Shown piece by piece: positions 1 to 8,559 of a stretch of DNA of 34,986 nt. Made by a program: the position numbers and the translations under genes. The DNA is from a bacterium (GTDB lineage: Bacteria > Latescibacterota > UBA2968 > UBA8231). The stretch lies in assembly GCA_027593305.1 (NCBI GenBank), contig JAQCJA010000001.1, positions 1-34,986 on the forward strand, read 5' to 3'. Below the pieces are notes generated by a model that did not search any database, was not told the DNA's origin, and saw only the letters and a list, made by a program, of their open reading frames with translations. Position 1 is the first letter of the stretch, and each line of letters begins with the position of its first letter.

Positions 1-143
1 GGTAGGCCATTCTCCAGCCGTTCGAGGGCCTCTTCCTGATCAGAATAGTTGAGTTCGACGATCAACCGGGCCGCCCGAGTGGTGAGATACTCGGGGATGT
101 CGTCCCCGTAATAGTCCAGTCGATACCCCTTGGTTGCACTCAT
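1..143 (-). CDS. hypothetical protein, N-terminal fragment (gene continues past the left edge)
   Basis: Not in the ORF track because it is partial. Reverse-complement reading from ATG at 143..141 gives MSATKGYRLDYYGDDIPEYLTTRAARLIVELNYSDQEEALERLENGL, with no stop before position 1. Its ATG overlaps the TGA of the upstream small ORF (ATGA), which suggests translational coupling. No family recognised. Confidence 0.35.
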   Translation of the reverse strand, partial: MSATKGYRLDYYGDDIPEYLTTRAARLIVELNYSDQEEALERLENGL

Positions 144-364
144 TGTAGTGCCGCCTCAGAGCCATTCGTTAGACACTCGTTAGGTACAGGGCCCTCGGTG
201 TCAGCGTAACCCATTGATACTACATCACTTGGTGTTTCAATGGACCACATGAGTTCGCTGAAAATCACCGGGCCAGGTATGGATTGTGCCACTGCCGCCG
301 ACAGGGTCACTGAGGCCGGAATGGTACCAAGAAGACCACAGAAGACGAACGTTCGCATAGACAT
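140..364 (-). CDS. small secreted protein (hypothetical, 74 aa)
   Basis: Internal ATG (364) of track ORF 140..616. It starts MSMRTFVFCGLLGTIPASVTLSAAVAQ, which is signal-peptide-like. A GGGAG Shine-Dalgarno lies about 6 nt upstream on the minus strand. The 84 aa upstream in the track ORF are Arg/Cys-rich and look non-coding. Confidence 0.4.
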   Translation of the reverse strand: MSMRTFVFCGLLGTIPASVTLSAAVAQSIPGPVIFSELMWSIETPSDVVSMGYADTEGPVPNECLTNGSEAALQ

Positions 365-614
365 CGTGTGCTCCCGGGGAACGGGTTGAAGGGAAGCGGC
401 GGGGTTCGCCGCGATTGTGCCCCGGTTGCAAGTCTTGTGCCGGATTCGACGGTTGTTGGGCAATACGAGGAAAAACAAAGAGTTATGCCAATATGTGCAG
501 GCTCGGGAATCACGCGGGAGTGTGAGGCGGGGCACGCAGTCACGGGTGGCAGGAGAGACAATGCGCCTGACGCATATTCCTTGACGGACGGGCCACCTCC
601 CGTACCTTCGGGGC

Positions 615-1001
615 ATGTTTCAGAAGAAGATTCTCGTCGTTGATGACGACCCCTACGTGCGCACCCTTGTGGTGAAAATCCTCAATGGTCTGGGGTATTT
701 TGCCCTTCCAGCCAGTGATGCGTGGCAGGCGATGGATCAACTGCAGCAGCACGGCATCGATCTGATCATTCTCGACTTGCGCATGCCGGGCCCTGTCGAC
801 GGCGAGCAATTGCTGTTCACGCTGCGGGATCAGGGCAGCGGCGTGCCTGTGATCGTGTTATCTGGTTGGGTGGATGATGACCTCATCAACGCGCCGCCCG
901 AATGTGTGCACGCAGTGCTCAAGAAGCCGATCAAGATCGACAGTTTCACTCAGACCGTCGCTTCCGTCCTGGGTGAGACGCCGGCGACGACGAGATCGTG
1001 A
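615..1001 (+). CDS. stand-alone response regulator receiver protein (CheY-like)
   Basis: 128 aa. Receiver signature: acidic cluster ILVVDDDP, phospho-acceptor Asp in DLIILDLRMPG, Ser in VIVLSGW, Lys in VLKKP. No output domain. Confidence 0.9.
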   Translation: MFQKKILVVDDDPYVRTLVVKILNGLGYFALPASDAWQAMDQLQQHGIDLIILDLRMPGPVDGEQLLFTLRDQGSGVPVIVLSGWVDDDLINAPPECVHAVLKKPIKIDSFTQTVASVLGETPATTRS

Positions 1002-1925
1002 CTACTCGTACTGCTGGGCCAACACGTGACTCAGAACCTTGGTTGCCTGCTTGCGCACGGCGAGGCTCCTGTGCGTTGCGACAAGTCGTTGCAGAGGCAC
1101 AATCGAAGCATGGTCCTTGACCCGGCCCATGGACTTCACCCCCTGCAGCACAAGCGTTTCTGAGCTCTCACCATCGAGAACGAGCGCTGCCAGATAGGTG
1201 ATCTGTCGTTCGTGTCTCAGTTCGAGGGCCCGTTGCGACTGCAGGGCAGGAATCGCCAGATGATTGGCGACGGCAATATTGGCTTCCACCACTGTACGCC
1301 CGGCAACACCTGGAGCCGAAAGGGACACGGCTCCGAGTGCGTCAATCGACGCAAGCCGCACCGTCTCTGTCAGGCCCTTGTTGAGTACCGCCCGCCCCAG
1401 CGCTTCGGCCGCTTCCGGGGAGCCATGCTTGCGCAGCATGAGCACTGCCGACAACCGCAATCGCTCGCTGCGATCGGTCAACTGACGCTCCAGCAGCGGA
1501 ACCGGGTCGAGCAGATCCTTCTTCCCCGCCTCCCATAACGCCTCCGTCGCTCGCAATCGAACGAGTTCATCGCGTTGCGTGGCGTCATCGGCGGCATTTC
1601 CTAGCGCCACCAGAGCTCGTCGGAAGCCCGGATAACGCTGGAAGACAATGGTACGCAGCGCCCGGACGATCTCGAGCCGGAGTTCGGTGCTCCGTTCGAC
1701 TGCCATGGCTCGATTGAGTAAGTCAACGGCCTGGTCCGTACTGGCACGTCCCAAGCCCTGTGCCGCCTTGCGCCGAACCGACACTTCCCGGCTGTTCAGC
1801 AATTCATCACCAAGCCGACGGACGCTGGCAGCCTGTGCCGAGACAGAACTCACTGCGAGCACCATAAAAAGAGAGCAGATGAGCAACATGCGGTAATAAG
1901 TCGGACTATATGATATGGTCGACAT
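1002..1925 (-). CDS. secreted HEAT/PBS-lyase-type repeat protein
   Basis: Track ORF is 1002..1952. The likely start is ATG 1925 (MSTISYSPTYYRMLLICSLFMVLAVSSVSAQA, a signal peptide). It has repeated helical units: VRRKAAQGLGR..AVDLL, LRLEIVRAL, RLSAVLMLRKHGSPEAAEALGRA, VRLASIDALGA, AVRKQATKVL. Confidence 0.75.
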   Translation of the reverse strand: MSTISYSPTYYRMLLICSLFMVLAVSSVSAQAASVRRLGDELLNSREVSVRRKAAQGLGRASTDQAVDLLNRAMAVERSTELRLEIVRALRTIVFQRYPGFRRALVALGNAADDATQRDELVRLRATEALWEAGKKDLLDPVPLLERQLTDRSERLRLSAVLMLRKHGSPEAAEALGRAVLNKGLTETVRLASIDALGAVSLSAPGVAGRTVVEANIAVANHLAIPALQSQRALELRHERQITYLAALVLDGESSETLVLQGVKSMGRVKDHASIVPLQRLVATHRSLAVRKQATKVLSHVLAQQYE

Positions 1926-1970
1926 ATTCTCTTTGTCGGCAGGTAGCAACAATTCCTTCAGTGCCCGGAT

Positions 1971-2912
1971 TCAGACGACCGCACCCTCTGTGACGACGAC
2001 TGTGCCGGCATGGCCATCAACAAGAGTGGATACGCCTATGGGGAGGACGGTTCGCCGCCGCATATGGCCATAGGCAACGCCGCCAACAACAGGCAACGGG
2101 CGGTCCCCCACGGCGTCGATCACCATTTCATGCAACGTCGGTGATGCGGCCATCTCCGCCGGTACAAAGCAGTCCTGGAACGACCCGAGCACGAGCGCCG
2201 CAAGTCTGTCGAGAACACCGGCGAGGCGAAGCTGGTGGAGCATTCGATCCAGGCGGTAAGGAGCTTCCGACACATCTTCGATCAGCAGTACGGCACCATC
2301 GAAAGGTGGTTCGTATGGTGTACCCAGTAAGCTGCACAGCAACGCCAGATTGGCTGCCACGAGGGGGCCCTCTGCCCTTCCGGGGCGTAACACCGTGAGG
2401 CCGTCGCCACCGTCAGGCAGCAGTCCAAGGGGCCCGGACTGCTCCAGAAGGCGCCAGAGACTGTCTGCTACCAAGGGGTCGACCGATGAACCACCCAGAT
2501 CCGTGTCCGCCAGGGCACCGGTGAACGTCACAAGGCCCGTCCTGGCATACAACGCCAATTGCAGTCCAGTGCTGTCGCTGAAACCCACGACAGCCTTCGG
2601 GTGGGCGCGGATGGCATCATAATCAAGCCGATCAATCATTCGCCCGGTGCCGAAACCGCCCCGGACACACAGAAGACCCGAGATCTCGTCATCGAGGAAA
2701 GCATCCATCACGTCCAGGGCACGATCACTGTCCGTTCCCGCCAGATAGTGATACGTATCGTGGATGTGGGGGGAATGCCGGACCCGGTAGCCGCGATGTT
2801 CAAGCCACGCCGAGGCGGTTGCCAGACGTGATGGGTCTGCGGGACGTGACGGAGCCACGAGAGCAATCGTGTCTCCCGGGCTCAGAGCGGGCGGACGCAG
2901 GACCGTCCGCAT
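1971..2912 (-). CDS. ldcA: LD-carboxypeptidase (muramoyltetrapeptide carboxypeptidase, peptidase S66)
   Basis: 313 aa. It has GDTIALVAPS near the N-terminus, the Ser-nucleophile motif VVGFSDSTGL and the C-terminal His motif YGHMRRRTVLPIG. It lies 1 nt downstream of mpl, the classic recycling pair. Confidence 0.85.
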   Translation of the reverse strand: MRTVLRPPALSPGDTIALVAPSRPADPSRLATASAWLEHRGYRVRHSPHIHDTYHYLAGTDSDRALDVMDAFLDDEISGLLCVRGGFGTGRMIDRLDYDAIRAHPKAVVGFSDSTGLQLALYARTGLVTFTGALADTDLGGSSVDPLVADSLWRLLEQSGPLGLLPDGGDGLTVLRPGRAEGPLVAANLALLCSLLGTPYEPPFDGAVLLIEDVSEAPYRLDRMLHQLRLAGVLDRLAALVLGSFQDCFVPAEMAASPTLHEMVIDAVGDRPLPVVGGVAYGHMRRRTVLPIGVSTLVDGHAGTVVVTEGAVV

Positions 2913-2913
2913 C

Positions 2914-4311
2914 TCAGGCTCGGGATCGTTTCGTCAATGCCGCCATCGTTTCTGCCTGGACGCCGCCGAAGCCGGCGTTGCTCATGAATACGACCAGATC
3001 ATTGGCTGTGGTCTCCTGTATCAGGTGGGCGACGATTTTCTCGACACAATCCAGGTGCCAGGCGACTACGCCAGCATCGCACAGGCTGCGGGCAAGGCGT
3101 TCCGGGGAAAAGGGTTTGTCGCCTTTGCTGCGCTCTGGCCGTGGAACAGAACCAATGATCACCGCGTCGGCATGGGAGAAAGCTTCGAGATAGTCATGCT
3201 CGAAGGTAGCCCGGGCGTTGGTCGAACTGGCCGGCTCAAAGACGGCCCAGAGTCGACCATCAGGGTGGGCGTTACGCAGCCCGGCCAGTGTTTCACGGAC
3301 GGCGGTGGGATGGTGCGCAAAGTCGTCGATTACGGTCACGCCGTCGACCGTCCCCAGCAGTTCCTGACGCCGGCGCACACCAACGAACCCTTCCAGAGCC
3401 GCAGGCAGGGTCGACGGGTCGATACCTGTGAAGGTGACGGCAGCAAGCGCCGCCAGGGCATTGCGCACATTGTGCTCTCCCGACAGACCAAGGCGCATAC
3501 GTCCCATGGGCCCATCCGGGCCGACGAGTCCAAAGCTCTGCGTGCCTGACTCCTGCTTCACGTCGATGGCCCGCCATGTGTTGGCCGGGCCCAGGCCGAA
3601 GGTCTGCACCGGGGAGGGCGCCGAATCGAGGATTCCCGTGACCACCGGGTCGTCGCCGTTGGCCAGCACGAGCCCTGATCGGGGGACTTGATTGATGACC
3701 TGGCGGAAGGCTCGGCGGATCTCGTCGAGGTTCTGGAAAATATCGGCGTGATCGAATTCGAGATTGTTGACGATGAGTAGGTGGGGACGATAGAACAGAA
3801 ACTTGGCAAACTTGGCGAAATAGGCGCTGTCGTACTCGTCACCCTCCAGCACGAACCAGTCCCCGGTCCCCAGATGATAGGGGCGCGGCAGATCGCGGGG
3901 CAGGCCCGCCACCAGCCACGAAGGATCGGTGCCGCCACGACGCAGCAAGTGCGCGACCAGAGCGGTCGTTGTCGTCTTTCCATGGGTGCCACTGACAACA
4001 AGGGAGCGCTTGCCGGACAGGAACAGATCGTGCAGAGTTTCGGGGAAGTGGGCATAGGGAATGCCGGCGTCGAGAACCGCTTCGAGTTCAGGATTGCCTC
4101 GGGAAACTGCATTGCCGACGATGACGAGATCCGGCGCGGGCCGTATGTGTTCGGCGCAGAACCCGGAAAGGACGGCGATCCCCTCATCACGAAGGAAGTC
4201 GCTCATGGGGGGATAGATGTGGGTGTCTGAGCCGGTAACGCGATACCCGCGTTGGCGCAGCATGCCGGCCAGAGACCCCATCGCCGTCCCACAGACGGCG
4301 ATTACATGCAC
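2914..4311 (-). CDS. mpl: UDP-N-acetylmuramate:L-alanyl-gamma-D-glutamyl-meso-diaminopimelate ligase (Mur ligase family, Mpl-like)
   Basis: Mur-ligase hallmarks: HVIAVCGTAMGSLAGML N-terminal fold, P-loop VSGTHGKTTTT, DDFAHHP in the C-terminal domain. Calling it Mpl rather than MurC is an inference from the ICGTxMG-type N-terminus and the linkage to ldcA. The track start at 4563 adds 84 implausible residues, including an R8 run antisense to the neighbouring gene. The in-frame GTG at 4311 gives M-HVIAVCGT. A TTG about 27 nt upstream is an alternative start. Confidence 0.85.
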   Translation of the reverse strand: MHVIAVCGTAMGSLAGMLRQRGYRVTGSDTHIYPPMSDFLRDEGIAVLSGFCAEHIRPAPDLVIVGNAVSRGNPELEAVLDAGIPYAHFPETLHDLFLSGKRSLVVSGTHGKTTTTALVAHLLRRGGTDPSWLVAGLPRDLPRPYHLGTGDWFVLEGDEYDSAYFAKFAKFLFYRPHLLIVNNLEFDHADIFQNLDEIRRAFRQVINQVPRSGLVLANGDDPVVTGILDSAPSPVQTFGLGPANTWRAIDVKQESGTQSFGLVGPDGPMGRMRLGLSGEHNVRNALAALAAVTFTGIDPSTLPAALEGFVGVRRRQELLGTVDGVTVIDDFAHHPTAVRETLAGLRNAHPDGRLWAVFEPASSTNARATFEHDYLEAFSHADAVIIGSVPRPERSKGDKPFSPERLARSLCDAGVVAWHLDCVEKIVAHLIQETTANDLVVFMSNAGFGGVQAETMAALTKRSRA

Positions 4312-4433
4312 GTGAGCATTGGCAGACAAGGGAATCAAATGCAGCTCTCCGGGCCTGTGGCGACCTTGGTGGATATGTGGTAACTTCGAATGAAATATAA
4401 AGATACGACGAATCTGAAGAGGCGAAGGGCCTG

Positions 4434-5726
4434 GTGAAGTCACTTCCTCTATACATCGGTGGACTGCTGATCGCCGTCGCCGCCGCCGGCGCCGCGATGG
4501 TCTTTCTGACGCCACCACCCGTGCCTGCATCGCCTCCTGTGTCAGTGGTGGCGCCCCTGCCACGCCGCCTGCCAGAAAAACCGCGCCCGGCGGCGAAGGA
4601 CGAGCTGTCCCCCGATGAGGTCAAAGCTCAGGATGAAGAGGATATCATCAAGATCCTCCTTGCCCAGATCGAGACGACGCCGGAAGCCATAGATGAAGCG
4701 TGGCTCCAGGAGATGTGCCAGTACATAACCGGCCCTGATTCGCTCGCTGCGTTCTGGAAAGAGGTCATCTCCCGCGGTCAGGTCTTCAGCGCCAGCTATG
4801 TCTCCCGCAAGGAGAAGTCCGGCAGCGTTCTGTCACGCAATCCACTGTACTATGTCTTTGAGGCCCGCGAATTCATCTACAGCACGGATCCTCAGGAGCC
4901 GAAGCTGCTGGGGGAGGCCCCTGGCCTGCTGGCGATGGCTATCGCCAAATCGTGGGAAGAGAGTCGCAAGGAAATCCGCGATGTGATGGCCAAGGAGACA
5001 CGCAAGAAGGCACAGGATGTCGTTGTCCCCGAGGAACTGGGCAGCCTCGATGATGAGGTGAGGACCACCTACTTCAAAGAGCATCTCAAGCTCTACGAAG
5101 TGTTGAGCAACATGGCTGCGAAGGGCGGCGGTGATCCACGCCAGTACATGCGCCAGCAGATACGGTTGCACGAGGCTTCCATCGTCGATCGGCAGACACG
5201 TCTGCTGGAGGTCATGTCCAATGCCCGCGAGCACTATCAGGGGCACAGCAACAGCGCCAGGCCGGCAACCGTGCAGATGACGCGCTGGAGCAATGCCGTC
5301 AACGAGCAACTGCTTTCCCTCGGCAAGATCTATATCGACGCGGCGCTCGCCGAAAAGGCCTTCCGCGGGTTGATGCAGGACTATGCCGATCTTGGTTTCA
5401 AGGCGCTGGCCATGGTCTACCAGCGAAGCAAGTCGGGCGAGGCGCTGCGCGTCATGCGTGAGGCCAATCGTATCCAGCGGTACAACCTCTGGCAGATGGC
5501 GCGGGTCGCGTGGAAGAACGCAAAAGCCCTGGCAGCGGCAGGGCGCATCGCCGAAGCTGACGACGAGTTCCTTGTCGCCAAGCGCCACTACCTGCAGTGC
5601 CTGTCCCGGTTGGAACGCAGCAAAATGCCCACGGTGCTCGACGAGTACCGTCGGTTGCAGGCCGACATTACCACCTGGGTGACGTCGCGCAAGCTTGAGA
5701 GCGTCGCTGTCGCCACCGACGGCTGA
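4434..5726 (+). CDS. membrane-anchored helical protein of unknown function (first gene of the glycan operon)
   Basis: 430 aa. GTG start preceded by AAGGG (4-nt spacer). N-terminal TM segment LYIGGLLIAVAAAGAAMVF, then a Pro-rich linker and a long helical, charged domain. It ends 5 nt upstream of the GT2 gene. No family recognised. Confidence 0.7.
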   Translation: MKSLPLYIGGLLIAVAAAGAAMVFLTPPPVPASPPVSVVAPLPRRLPEKPRPAAKDELSPDEVKAQDEEDIIKILLAQIETTPEAIDEAWLQEMCQYITGPDSLAAFWKEVISRGQVFSASYVSRKEKSGSVLSRNPLYYVFEAREFIYSTDPQEPKLLGEAPGLLAMAIAKSWEESRKEIRDVMAKETRKKAQDVVVPEELGSLDDEVRTTYFKEHLKLYEVLSNMAAKGGGDPRQYMRQQIRLHEASIVDRQTRLLEVMSNAREHYQGHSNSARPATVQMTRWSNAVNEQLLSLGKIYIDAALAEKAFRGLMQDYADLGFKALAMVYQRSKSGEALRVMREANRIQRYNLWQMARVAWKNAKALAAAGRIAEADDEFLVAKRHYLQCLSRLERSKMPTVLDEYRRLQADITTWVTSRKLESVAVATDG

Positions 5727-5731
5727 GCTTC

Positions 5732-6691
5732 GTGACGACTGCCGTTGCCGCCGCCCTGGCGAACTGGAACGGTGGCGCCTATCTGCCAACCTGCCTTGCA
5801 GCACTTGAAGGGCAGACACGCCCCCTCGGCGAGATTGTCATTGTTGACAATGGTTCGACGGATGGTTCCGTCGAGTGGTTGGCGGCGTATGGCAAAGGAC
5901 TGACGCTTCTGCGCAACCCACAGAACGAGGGCTATTGCCATGGCTACAATCGGGCGATCGCTGCAACCGATACACCCTATGTCCTGGTGCTGAATACCGA
6001 CGTCTACCTCGACCCCGGATTTGTCGAGGCGGCGATCCGCGTGCTTGACACCCATGCCGAGGCAGCGGCGGTGACGGGCTGTTTCTACGAGCAAGCGACG
6101 GAGCGGACCATCGGCGGCGGCTTCCGCCTGCGGCGACAGTTGCGCATGCGTCCGGAGGACTCGGCCGGACCGGAGCGCGAAGTCTTCGGGGCCAGTGGAG
6201 CAGCCGTGCTGTTCCGCCGCGCCGCACTGGTCGACGCTGCCGAAGCTTCCGCCGAATTCTATGATCCTCGCTATTTCAGCTACGGCGAAGACATCGATCT
6301 GGCCTGGCGCCTGCGCTCCATGGGCTGGACCGTGCGCTACGCGCCGGAGGCCCGAGCGCATCACGTTGGCTCAGGCTCACTCGGCGGGGCCCTCCGCTTT
6401 CTTGAGAAGCCGGCGGTCTTCCAGCGCCACGCATTGAAGAATCGCTACCTGACGCTGCTGAAAAATGCCCCGCCCGGCCTCCTCGTCGAGATGGGGGCCG
6501 CCCTGCTGCTGACCGATCTGGCCCTGTGGCCTTTCCTGTGCCTGCGGCAGCCCTGGCGAGTACCGTACCTCCTGGGTGGTATCATCGATGTGATCCGGCT
6601 GTTCCCTGGCACCTGGCGCAGACGCCGTGTCCTGCAGGCCCGATCCCGGTTGGGAAGCCAGGCCGTGCGCCCCTGGTTGCAGGGCCTCTGA
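5732..6691 (+). CDS. glycosyltransferase family 2 (rhamnosyltransferase-like)
   Basis: 319 aa with IVIVDNGSTDGS, VLVLNTDVYLDPGF, GASGAAVLFRR and YGEDIDLAWRLRSMGW, the typical GT-A/GT2 motif set. Confidence 0.85.
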   Translation: MTTAVAAALANWNGGAYLPTCLAALEGQTRPLGEIVIVDNGSTDGSVEWLAAYGKGLTLLRNPQNEGYCHGYNRAIAATDTPYVLVLNTDVYLDPGFVEAAIRVLDTHAEAAAVTGCFYEQATERTIGGGFRLRRQLRMRPEDSAGPEREVFGASGAAVLFRRAALVDAAEASAEFYDPRYFSYGEDIDLAWRLRSMGWTVRYAPEARAHHVGSGSLGGALRFLEKPAVFQRHALKNRYLTLLKNAPPGLLVEMGAALLLTDLALWPFLCLRQPWRVPYLLGGIIDVIRLFPGTWRRRRVLQARSRLGSQAVRPWLQGL

Positions 6692-6694
6692 CCC

Positions 6695-7570
6695 ATGTCG
6701 ACGGCGAAACCGCCAGCGCTTGTGACGGGCGCGACTGGATACACCGGCCGACGCCTGGTGCATCGCCTGGTTCATTCCGGGCACAGTGTCCGGGTCCTGG
6801 TGCGCCCGGACAGTCATGTCGAGTCGCTGCCGGAGGGCATCGAGATCCTCCGCGGTGACCTCGACGATCCAGCAACGCTCCGTCCGGCGCTCGAGGGTGT
6901 GAGCCGCATCTATCACCTGGCCCACGTCCGGTTCACCGGCAATCTCATGCCGCACGTTCCAGCGGATGTCGCTCACGTCGTTATCGTCAGCTCACTGAGG
7001 GCGCTGTCACGCGTCGCGTCGCCTACGGTTGCGCAGGTCCTGAGCGGCGAGACCGCAGTGGCTGGTGCCAGAGTACCGTGGACGATTCTGCGGCCATCGA
7101 TGATCTTCGGTGATGGCGATGACCGCAACATCAGTCGCCTTGTCAGTCGGGTTCGGCAAGGCAACTGGATCCCCACGATGGGTCGACACTGCCTGCATCA
7201 GCCCGTCTATGTGGGCGATGTTGTTGAGGCGATCCTCGCTTGTGTCGAGGCGCCCGCTGCCAGGGGGCAGACGTATGCCATCGCTGGCGCCATGCCGCTG
7301 ACCTGGGATGCCCTCATACATGCTGTGGGAGATGTCGTCGGCCAGCGGCCCCGGCAATGGCCCGTGCCGGCAGCTGTCGCCGCGCGATTCCTGTCAGCCC
7401 TTGAAGCAACAGGGCTCCGGTTGCCCATTGAGGCCGAACAGGTATGGCGCATGCTGGAAGACAAGGTGTATGACATCGAGCCGGCTCGACGGGATCTGCA
7501 TTTTGCGCCCCTGACCTTCGCGGCAGCGATGCGACAGATTTATGGTGACCCGGAGGAGATCAGAGCATGA
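6695..7570 (+). CDS. NAD(P)-binding SDR-fold protein (epimerase/dehydratase / NDUFA9-like family)
   Basis: 291 aa. Rossmann motif ALVTGATGYTGRRLV, later TILRPSMIFG and QPVYVGDVVEAIL. The expected S..Y...K catalytic stretch reads SRVASPTVAQVLSGE, so Tyr and Lys are apparently absent. Confidence 0.8.
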   Translation: MSTAKPPALVTGATGYTGRRLVHRLVHSGHSVRVLVRPDSHVESLPEGIEILRGDLDDPATLRPALEGVSRIYHLAHVRFTGNLMPHVPADVAHVVIVSSLRALSRVASPTVAQVLSGETAVAGARVPWTILRPSMIFGDGDDRNISRLVSRVRQGNWIPTMGRHCLHQPVYVGDVVEAILACVEAPAARGQTYAIAGAMPLTWDALIHAVGDVVGQRPRQWPVPAAVAARFLSALEATGLRLPIEAEQVWRMLEDKVYDIEPARRDLHFAPLTFAAAMRQIYGDPEEIRA

Positions 7571-8559
7571 TCGCCCGTCTCATGATCCCGGGGCTCGTTT
7601 TCGGCGTCACTGCAGTTGCCACAATGGGGGTGCTGTGGGGATCGAAACGCTGGGGTGTGGTGGACGTACCCAACGAACGAAGCGCCCACGTGATGCCGAC
7701 GCCAACCATGGGAGGCATCGCCATCAACATCGGCATTTTTGCCGGCGCGCTCATGATCTCTTTGCCGTGGGCCCAACGCAGCGGGCTGCTTCTGGTGCTG
7801 GCAGTACTGCTGATAGCCGTCGCCGACAACATTGGTCGGCCGCTGGCCGTTGGCGGCAAGCTTGTTCTGCAGCTTGCCGCTGCATCCAGTTGGGTCATCT
7901 GGGCCCCGGCGGCACCGATCCAGTTGACAACAGAGATGGTTCTCGCACCCGGAGTGCTGACGGCCGCAATTTCCGTCATCTGGCTCTTGTGGGTGATGAA
8001 CGTGTTCAATTTCATGGATGGTATCGATGGCTTCACGGGGTCGCAGACGATCGCGATGTGTGTGGGCCTGGCGCTGCTGCTGCCAATGGATGCCCCCCTC
8101 GGACAACTGCCACCGGTCGTGATGGCGGCGTGCCTGGGATTCCTGCTGTTTAACCTGCCGCCGGCGCGCGTCTTCATGGGTGATGTCGGTTCTCTGAGTC
8201 TGGGATTCATGGTGGGTGTGATGGTCCTGGCTGTTGTCGGGGAGGGCGTCTCGTTATGGCTGGCGGCAATGCCTCTGACCCTCTACTTCGCGGATACAAC
8301 CTACACCGTCATTCGCCGCTTTCAACGTGGTGACAACGTGTTGCGCGCCCACAGGGAGCACCTCTATCAGCGGCTTGTCCAGGCAGGCTGGAGCCACCTG
8401 CAGGTCGATGGCGCCGCCGTTGTGGTTACCGGATTGTTCGTCGCGGCTGCGGTATCCGGTGCCGATGGCGCCCATCCACCGGCTGTGATATGTGTGGCTG
8501 TCGGCGTACTGGTGCTGCTCGCCGGACTGTGGTGGAAGGAGGGCCGGCCGCATGTGTAG
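7567..8559 (+). CDS. polyprenyl-phosphate HexNAc-1-phosphate transferase (glycosyltransferase family 4, WecA/WbpL/MraY family)
   Basis: 330 aa and polytopic. It has VPNERSAHVMPTPTMGGI and the family motif NVFNFMDGIDGF. Its start overlaps the upstream stop (ATGA). Confidence 0.85.
   Translation: MIARLMIPGLVFGVTAVATMGVLWGSKRWGVVDVPNERSAHVMPTPTMGGIAINIGIFAGALMISLPWAQRSGLLLVLAVLLIAVADNIGRPLAVGGKLVLQLAAASSWVIWAPAAPIQLTTEMVLAPGVLTAAISVIWLLWVMNVFNFMDGIDGFTGSQTIAMCVGLALLLPMDAPLGQLPPVVMAACLGFLLFNLPPARVFMGDVGSLSLGFMVGVMVLAVVGEGVSLWLAAMPLTLYFADTTYTVIRRFQRGDNVLRAHREHLYQRLVQAGWSHLQVDGAAVVVTGLFVAAAVSGADGAHPPAVICVAVGVLVLLAGLWWKEGRPHV

Noticed and set aside
4312-4563. 84-aa N-terminal extension of mpl containing an R8 tract
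   Set aside because: The extension overlaps the start of the divergent gene at 4434, and its poly-Arg run is the antisense of that gene's Ala-rich TM helix. Mur ligases start at the xIxxxGICGTxMG strand, which the GTG at 4311 provides.
4833-5819. 328-aa minus-strand ORF opposite the 430-aa gene, plus similar shadows at 5588..6364, 24632..25750, 30827..31969, 9416..10192 and 21075..22157
   Set aside because: All lie antisense to genes that have clear family motifs or natural composition. Their products are Arg/Gly/Pro/His-rich and typical of GC-rich antisense frames.
8492-8551. 20-codon upstream extension of the sulfatase-like ORF
   Set aside because: It overlaps the end of the GT4 gene. ATG 8552 gives a proper signal or anchor sequence and the usual short start/stop overlap.
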